From Limnochordia bacterium (GTDB lineage Bacteria; Bacillota; Limnochordia; DTU080): 64,000 bases of DNA. Each line of letters begins with the position of its first letter. The first letter of the stretch is position 1. Location: positions 96,001-160,000 of the forward strand of contig JBMNJG010000012.1 of NCBI GenBank assembly GCA_050951545.1. The letters are read 5' to 3'. The position numbers and the translations under genes were made by a program. The notes beneath the pieces are model-generated. The model had not been told where the DNA came from. It saw only the letters and a program-made list of their open reading frames with translations, and searched no databases. This document shows, in pieces, positions 58,416-64,000 of the stretch.

Positions 58416-58931
58416 TTAGTCTAGAAGCCCTGGCCAGGGATCAATGATCATCTTGCCGCCAACGAGATCAACAGACGTAACCACTTGGCGAACAGCGGGG
58501 ATCAGAGCGTCGGGTAATCCGCTTCGCCTGATGACGTAGACGTCATTCGCAGGTCCAAACAAGACATCACACACGCTCCCGACTGGCTCACCGTCTGAAG
58601 TGACGACGTCCAAGCCGATCAGATCAGGTACATAGTAGTGCCCTTCAGGTAAGGGTGGCGCTTCGTCGCGATGGACCACCCAAAGTGCTCCGCATAGGGT
58701 CTCTGCTTGGTCACGTGATGTCACGCCCTGCAGTCTGAGGAGCCAGAACTGCTTGTGGCGCCGCACCTCTTCGACTGCGAAAAGCTGCTCCCTTTTGTTG
58801 GGCCAGAGCAGGCGACACTGCTTAGAGCCAGTCAGCTGCTGCTGAAGGTCCGTCTCAGGTAACAGTCGGACCCAGCCCTTGATGCCATGTGGTGCAGTGA
58901 TCTCACCGATCACCATCAGCTGCTCAGGCAC
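58416..58931 (-). CDS. rimM: Ribosome maturation factor RimM
   Basis: IG.I..PHGIKG, YY..DLIG, ANDVY, LIPA. Confidence 0.95.
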   Translation of the reverse strand: MPEQLMVIGEITAPHGIKGWVRLLPETDLQQQLTGSKQCRLLWPNKREQLFAVEEVRRHKQFWLLRLQGVTSRDQAETLCGALWVVHRDEAPPLPEGHYYVPDLIGLDVVTSDGEPVGSVCDVLFGPANDVYVIRRSGLPDALIPAVRQVVTSVDLVGGKMIIDPWPGLLD

Positions 58932-58954
58932 CCCGAGCCTCCTTCGAGAGGTGT

Positions 58955-59188
58955 CTAGTCGAGGATCTCCACGTGAATCAACTTCCCCGTACGGCCGCTG
59001 GCAGTTTTGACCACTGTTCGGATAGCCCGCGCGATGCGGCCTTGTCTGCCAATCACCTTGCCCATATCAGTTGGATCCACTTTTAACTCGAAGATGAGCG
59101 ACTTCTCGCCTTCGACAGTACGCACTTGGACGGCTTCAGGGTGATCAACAAGGGCTTTGGCAATATACTCCACTATTTGCTGCTGCAA
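58955..59188 (-). CDS. khpA: KH-domain RNA-binding protein KhpA (YlqC)
   Basis: LVDHP, DMGKVIGRQGRIARAIRT. Confidence 0.93.
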   Translation of the reverse strand: MQQQIVEYIAKALVDHPEAVQVRTVEGEKSLIFELKVDPTDMGKVIGRQGRIARAIRTVVKTASGRTGKLIHVEILD

Positions 59189-59191
59189 GGG

Positions 59192-59479
59192 TTACGCCCC
59201 CTGGTCACTTGAGTCCGCATCGCCAGCCTTCAGCATGTCAAACACGCCGCTCTGCGTTAAGAGGCGCTTTGCGGTATCTGACGGCTGTGCTCCGCGCTGT
59301 AGCCATTTGATGGCTTTCTCGTTGTCTATGTCAATCTGCACTGGATCGGAAATGGGGTCGTAGCTACCCAAAGTCTCGATGTAGGCACCATTACGTGCGG
59401 TCCGTGAGTCGGCAACCACCAAGCGGTAGTATGGGCGTTTCTTCGCCCCCATTCTCTTCAAACGAATGCGTACGGCCAA
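59192..59479 (-). CDS. rpsP: 30S ribosomal protein S16
   Basis: [23 protein letters not shown]. Confidence 0.97.
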   Translation of the reverse strand: MAVRIRLKRMGAKKRPYYRLVVADSRTARNGAYIETLGSYDPISDPVQIDIDNEKAIKWLQRGAQPSDTAKRLLTQSGVFDMLKAGDADSSDQGA

Positions 59480-59585
59480 GATCTGTCACCTCCTCCTTTG
59501 CATATCCTAGTACCAGCATGGGCACGTCGTAAGCTTCAGAGGTGTCCATGCGCTACTTTCGTAGAGAAGCGTCAGGGATGACGCC

Positions 59586-60920
59586 TTAGCCGAAAATGGA
59601 AGTCCGCCGTCGCCTTCCGCCTTTCTGCAGGGATCCCAGCCGCTTCATCATGTTTCGGGTGTCCTCGAATTGCCGCAGAAGACGATTGACGTCCTGCACT
59701 CGGGTGCCACTACCAGCAGCAATGCGCTTACGGCGGCTGCCGTCGATCACACCGGGCTGTTGACGTTCATGCCGCGTCATCGACTGAATAATGGCTTCGA
59801 CGCGCTTCATCTGCTTGTCATCAAAGCTGATGCCCTTGAGTTCTTTCAGGTTACCGAACCCAGGAACCATGCCTAGAAGCTGATCGAGTGGCCCCATCTG
59901 TTTGAGCTGTTGCATCTGCGACAGGAAATCCTCCAGAGAGTACTCCGCGCTCAGCATCCGCGTAGCGAGTTTCTCTGCCTCACTCTGATCCATGCTCGAC
60001 TGTGCCTTCTCGATTAGTGTAAGCACATCGCCCATTCCCAGAATGCGAGAAGCCATTCGCTCGGGATGGAAGGGTTCAATGGCGTCGAGTTTCTCACCGA
60101 GGGTGACATACTTGATAGGACAGCCTGTAACAGCCCAGATAGAGAGAGCTGCGCCACCACGAGCGTCACCGTCAAGTTTGGTGAGCACGATACCGCCCAC
60201 TTTCAGACGGCTATGAAAGGCTTGTGCAACATTCACGGCTTCCTGCCCGGTCATAGCATCGACAGCCAAGAGCACATCGCTTATCTCGACATTCTGGCGA
60301 ATGTTTTCGAGTTCGACCATGAGCGCTTCGTCGACGTGGAGCCGGCCAGCAGTGTCAATAATCAGTACGTCATGGGCGTTCTTGCGCGCATGCTCTACGG
60401 CAGCCCGACTGATGTCTACAGGTTTGCTTTTGTCGCCCATAGAAAAGACGGGAACATCGATCTGTTCACCTAGAACCTGGAGTTGTCGGATAGCTGCTGG
60501 CCGGTAGACGTCGGCTGCTGCCAGCAGGGGGCGTTTCCCCTGTTTCTTGAGCATCGCTGCCAGTTTCGCGCACGTAGTCGTCTTTCCAGAGCCCTGCAGT
60601 CCCACCATCATCACGGTCGCCGGAATCTTTGAGGACAGCGCAAGCTTGGCTTGGCTGCCCCCCATCAGGGTGGTGAGTTCATCGTTGACGACCTTGATTA
60701 CCTGCTGCGCAGGTGACAAACTCTGTAAGACCTCCTGACCGATGGCTCTCTCCCGAAGCTTCGCAGTGAAGTCTTTGACCACCTTGAAGTTGACGTCCGC
60801 CTCCAACAGCGCCAAGCGGACCTCTCGCAGTGCGGCGTCAACATCCTTTTCGGTCAGTTTTCCTCGACCGCGCAATTGCCTAAACGTAGCCTGCAATCGT
60901 TCAGTGAGATTCGAGAACAC
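59586..60920 (-). CDS. ffh: Signal recognition particle protein Ffh
   Basis: ALLEADV, GLQGSGKTT, DTAGR, TKLDG, M domain; GTG start at 60920. Confidence 0.97.
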   Translation of the reverse strand: MFSNLTERLQATFRQLRGRGKLTEKDVDAALREVRLALLEADVNFKVVKDFTAKLRERAIGQEVLQSLSPAQQVIKVVNDELTTLMGGSQAKLALSSKIPATVMMVGLQGSGKTTTCAKLAAMLKKQGKRPLLAAADVYRPAAIRQLQVLGEQIDVPVFSMGDKSKPVDISRAAVEHARKNAHDVLIIDTAGRLHVDEALMVELENIRQNVEISDVLLAVDAMTGQEAVNVAQAFHSRLKVGGIVLTKLDGDARGGAALSIWAVTGCPIKYVTLGEKLDAIEPFHPERMASRILGMGDVLTLIEKAQSSMDQSEAEKLATRMLSAEYSLEDFLSQMQQLKQMGPLDQLLGMVPGFGNLKELKGISFDDKQMKRVEAIIQSMTRHERQQPGVIDGSRRKRIAAGSGTRVQDVNRLLRQFEDTRNMMKRLGSLQKGGRRRRTSIFG

Positions 60921-60936
60921 TGGGAGCCCGCCTCTC

Positions 60937-61320
60937 TTACCTACCAATCTCCGCCAGACCCTTGGTGAGGGTATCCAACGCTTCGGAAGCTCTCTCGCAT
61001 AGCCCAGGATCGAGTGCACATGTGAGAGATCGCAACTGGTTTACTGCAGCGGTCATCTTCCCCACTATCTGGCGTACTTGTGTATCGCGACTCACAAGCT
61101 GCAGGTGATTTTCGAGCTGTTGCAGCGTTCTTTCCGAGCGCTTGAGAATGTCATATACGCCTTGGCGAGAGATGCCGTGGGTTTCAGCGATTTCACCAAG
61201 CGAAAGGTCATCATGATAGTACAGCGCAAAAAACTGCCGCTGCTTCTCGGTGAGTAGGTCGCCATAGGCGTCGAAGAGAAGGGCCATACGAAATGTCTTC
61301 TCCACTGGCCTCTTCGACAC
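60937..61320 (-). CDS. ylxM: YlxM (UPF0122) protein
   Basis: LFD.YG.LLTEKQ, DLSLGEIA, SRQ.VYD. Confidence 0.95.
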   Translation of the reverse strand: MSKRPVEKTFRMALLFDAYGDLLTEKQRQFFALYYHDDLSLGEIAETHGISRQGVYDILKRSERTLQQLENHLQLVSRDTQVRQIVGKMTAAVNQLRSLTCALDPGLCERASEALDTLTKGLAEIGR

Positions 61321-61322
61321 CC

Positions 61323-61382
61323 CCTGTCAAGCAATATCCCTTTACAGGCGTTAGTATAGCCGAAACGTCGCGGCCATGTCAA
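61323..61382 (-). promoter_or_regulatory. ylxM-ffh sigma-A promoter and downstream inverted repeat
   Basis: TTGACA-N18-TATACT; CCTGTAAAG-N8-CTTGACAGG just before the start codon. Confidence 0.6.
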
Positions 61383-61385
61383 GCT

Positions 61386-62327
61386 TTAGGCACGCACATC
61401 TGGTGTCTCAAAAAGCGCTGCAGCAAAGGCCGCCGGATCAAAGTCTCGTAAGTCATCCATCCCTTCACCGATACCAATCAGCTTAACTGGTAGCTGCATC
61501 TCAGAGGCAATGGCCAGGATGATGCCACCTTTGGCCGTGCCGTCCAGTTTGGTCAGTACCACTCCGCTTAGGGGTGTGGCCTCTGCGAAGAGGCGAGCCT
61601 GGGACATTCCGTTCTGACCAGTAGTAGCATCCAATACAAGAAGCACTTCGTCTGGTTCGCGCCCGAGCTCGCGGGTTACCACGCGGGTGATCTTCGCTAA
61701 CTCCTGCATCAGATGGGTCTTGGTCTGCAGACGACCCGCAGTATCGATCAGTAGCACATCCGTCCCTCGGGCTATTGCTGCCTGTATCGAATCAAAAGCG
61801 ACTGCTGCAGGGTCGCTGCCCTCTTGGTGCTTGATAAGGTCGACGCCAATGCGCTGTGCCCATACCTCCAGCTGGTCGATAGCCGCCGCTCGAAACGTAT
61901 CTGCGGCGCACAGCATGACTTGCCGACCTTCGCCCTTAAAGCGATAGGCCAGCTTGGCAATGCTGGTGGTCTTGCCCGTTCCATTCACACCAACCATAAG
62001 GTAGACCAGCGGTCTCGTCGGGCTACTCTGTGCCAAAGATGCCGACCCACCCTCCAAGATACGCTGCATCTCCTCTTGAAGAAGGCTAGTGACCGCGCTG
62101 GGGTCTTTCACTCTCCCGCGACTCACGCGCTTGCGCACGGCTTCTACCAGACCTGCGGCAGTCGGTACTCCTACATCCGCCTGAATAAGGATCTCCTCGA
62201 GCTCCTCGTAGAGCCCCTCATCGATAACAGTGCGACCTGAAAGAACCTGTCCAAGCTTCTCCACGAATGCTGTCCGCGTCTTCGTAAGACTGCTGGCCAG
62301 GCGTGCCAAGAATCCTCCGGTGCGCAA
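61386..62327 (-). CDS. ftsY: SRP receptor FtsY
   Basis: L.KTR, GVNGTGKTT, DTFRAAA, DTAGR, TKLDGTAKGG. Confidence 0.97.
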   Translation of the reverse strand: MRTGGFLARLASSLTKTRTAFVEKLGQVLSGRTVIDEGLYEELEEILIQADVGVPTAAGLVEAVRKRVSRGRVKDPSAVTSLLQEEMQRILEGGSASLAQSSPTRPLVYLMVGVNGTGKTTSIAKLAYRFKGEGRQVMLCAADTFRAAAIDQLEVWAQRIGVDLIKHQEGSDPAAVAFDSIQAAIARGTDVLLIDTAGRLQTKTHLMQELAKITRVVTRELGREPDEVLLVLDATTGQNGMSQARLFAEATPLSGVVLTKLDGTAKGGIILAIASEMQLPVKLIGIGEGMDDLRDFDPAAFAAALFETPDVRA

Positions 62328-62361
62328 CGTGCTCCCCCTTTGCTCTACTCCGTCATGCAGT

Positions 62362-64000
62362 TTACATAGCTTTCTCTTGCTGTTGCGAGGACAAGCGCAA
62401 AGTTACGAGATTGGATGTGGCGGCTCGGTCCATGGTCACTCCGTAGAGAGTATCTGCCACCTCCATGGTTGCCTGGCGATGTGTAATCACCAAAAACTGG
62501 GTTTTCGCCGAGAACTCCACCAGCAGTGAAGCGAAACGTCCCAGATTGCGTTCGTCAAGAGCTGCGTCAACCTCGTCAAGCACACAGAAGGGACTCGGCC
62601 TAACCGCCAGAATGGCGAAGATGAGGGCGATGGCAGTGAGCGCGCGCTCCCCTCCCGAGAGAGCAATCAAACGCTGCATCGCCTTGCCTGGGGGTTGGGC
62701 CATCAGTTCCAGACCTGAGTCGAGAGGGTTTGATTCATCGAGCCAGACGAGGTCGGCTGTCCCTCCACCAAACAGCCTCCGGAATAGCTCAGTGAAGGCC
62801 TGCCGCACATCGCGATACGTGGTCATAAGGCGGCTGGTAGAGGTGGAATCAATCTCAGCGATCGTCTCCTCCAGATGCTGGCGAGCTGTCACCAAGTCCT
62901 GGCGTTGGTTGCACAAAAACGCGTACCGTTCGTTCACCTTGGCGAATTCCTCGGGGGCCGTAGGGTTCACAGAGCCCATCTCTTCCAGCTGCTGGTGGCA
63001 CTGCCCGAGCTCTCGTCGGACTTCGGTCACGTCCCATGTCGAGGTCTCAGGCGGAAACCCGTCGCTCTCTTCGGCACCGAGGGCAGCCAGTTTCTCCTCT
63101 ACGGTGGCCATCGCCGCTTGAACGCGGGCCAAAGAGACCGCCCGAGCCTGGATCTGCTCTTGTACCGCCTCGCCTGCGTCGCGCAGCTCTCTTTCGGCCG
63201 CAGTCTGCACGGACAGCTCAGCCTGAAGAGCTTTCTCGTGTTCCCGAAGCTCTCGGAGACGCTCCAGATACGCACTATGCTCAGCGTGGGCGGCTTCCAC
63301 TTGTCGACGATGCTGCGACATGGTGGCCTCCAGCTGCGTGAGCAACTGGTTGGCGACGCGTATGCTCTCCTCTTCGTCGTGAATGCGCTGCAACGCCTCT
63401 GCCAGAGCTCGTTCCCACTGGCCTAGCTTCGCGGCAGCAGCCTCTTTGTCATGGCTGGTTCTGGCGGCTGTGAGGCTAGCTTCGCCCAAAGAAGCTTGTA
63501 TCTCGTCGCGATGACGCATTGCCCGAGTCAGGCGCTGTGATATGCTTTCCATTTCCGCCCGCGATGACTCTCTCGCTGTGTTAGCCGCTGTCAACTGTTC
63601 GTGCACTCTCGCCAACCGCTCTGAGCGCTCGCGGTCTTGTCTACTGCTATCGTGTTCCTCTTGCGTCAGTTGCCTCCCCAGAACCTCAAGCCGCTGCCAC
63701 TCCTTCTCCAGGGCGGCGGCGTCGCCAGCTGCGCTTGCCTTATCCAGTTCCAGGGCGTGTCGCTTGCTGGCGTACTCCTTCACTTGGCTCTCCAGCGTTT
63801 GGACTCGGTCTTGGGCGGCAGCATACCTCTCTTTGAGCACGGTGCTTTCCTGCCCGAGAGACGCGAGCTGTTCGCGCAGCTCATCGAGCTCACGATTGCG
63901 AGACAGGAGACCCGGACCTCGGCGGGTCTGTGAGCCCCCCGTAATGGCCCCTCCGGGGGTGACCAAGTCTCCCTCCAAACTGACAATGCGCTGAAACCCG
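62362..64000 (-). CDS. smc: Chromosome partition protein Smc (C-terminal part; 5' outside the window)
   Basis: End of hinge (PGGAITGG), coiled coil, G.VN, PPGK, LSGGE, LDEVDAALD, ITH. Confidence 0.96.
   Translation of the reverse strand, partial: GFQRIVSLEGDLVTPGGAITGGSQTRRGPGLLSRNRELDELREQLASLGQESTVLKERYAAAQDRVQTLESQVKEYASKRHALELDKASAAGDAAALEKEWQRLEVLGRQLTQEEHDSSRQDRERSERLARVHEQLTAANTARESSRAEMESISQRLTRAMRHRDEIQASLGEASLTAARTSHDKEAAAAKLGQWERALAEALQRIHDEEESIRVANQLLTQLEATMSQHRRQVEAAHAEHSAYLERLRELREHEKALQAELSVQTAAERELRDAGEAVQEQIQARAVSLARVQAAMATVEEKLAALGAEESDGFPPETSTWDVTEVRRELGQCHQQLEEMGSVNPTAPEEFAKVNERYAFLCNQRQDLVTARQHLEETIAEIDSTSTSRLMTTYRDVRQAFTELFRRLFGGGTADLVWLDESNPLDSGLELMAQPPGKAMQRLIALSGGERALTAIALIFAILAVRPSPFCVLDEVDAALDERNLGRFASLLVEFSAKTQFLVITHRQATMEVADTLYGVTMDRAATSNLVTLRLSSQQQEKAM

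Noticed and set aside
59516-59552. GCATGGGCAC...GTGTCCATGC hairpin between ffh and rpsP as a fourth copy of the repeat
   Set aside because: It does not share the GCATGTCGGCGGC arm or the internal core; probably an unrelated hairpin

Overview
A GC-rich, almost entirely minus-strand core-genome stretch of an endospore-forming Bacillota. It is probably a diderm (Limnochordia-like) organism, inferred from the co-occurrence of spoIIA/sigF with an ExbB-ExbD-TonB motor. In transcription order it holds: smc(partial)-ftsY-ylxM-ffh-rpsP-khpA-rimM-trmD-rplS-lepB-rbgA-rnhB-yraN-comM-(split class I fumarase)-Zn-finger ORF-dprA-topA-hslVU-(orphan FliY/FliM-like)-rpsB-tsf-pyrH-frr-uppS-cdsA-ytvI-dxr-rseP-polC-rimP-nusA-ylxR-ylxQ-infB-ylxP-rbfA-nrnA-truB-ribF-rpsO-pnp-DUF3866-spoIIM-deoB-pdp-dacF-spoIIAA-spoIIAB-sigF-GNAT-glnQ-exbB-exbD-tonB-Ig/cohesin protein-SLH coiled-coil protein-cysteine desulfurase-thiI. 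These converge on a plus-strand DUF47 gene and a tandem-domain thyX. I saw no rRNA, tRNA, CRISPR array or transposase. Best candidates for novelty: (1) a receptor-less Ton/Tol-type motor operon coupled to a secreted Ig/cohesin protein and a 1039-aa SLH + 65-residue-repeat coiled coil + C-terminal membrane anchor protein; (2) an unrecognised structured intergenic element present in three copies (near 7.85, 45.5 and 57.2 kb); (3) a PolC lacking its DEDDh exonuclease; (4) an orphan FliY-like gene where codY usually sits; (5) both xerC and xerD absent from their usual loci. All calls come from motif recognition and synteny by eye; no database searches were run.
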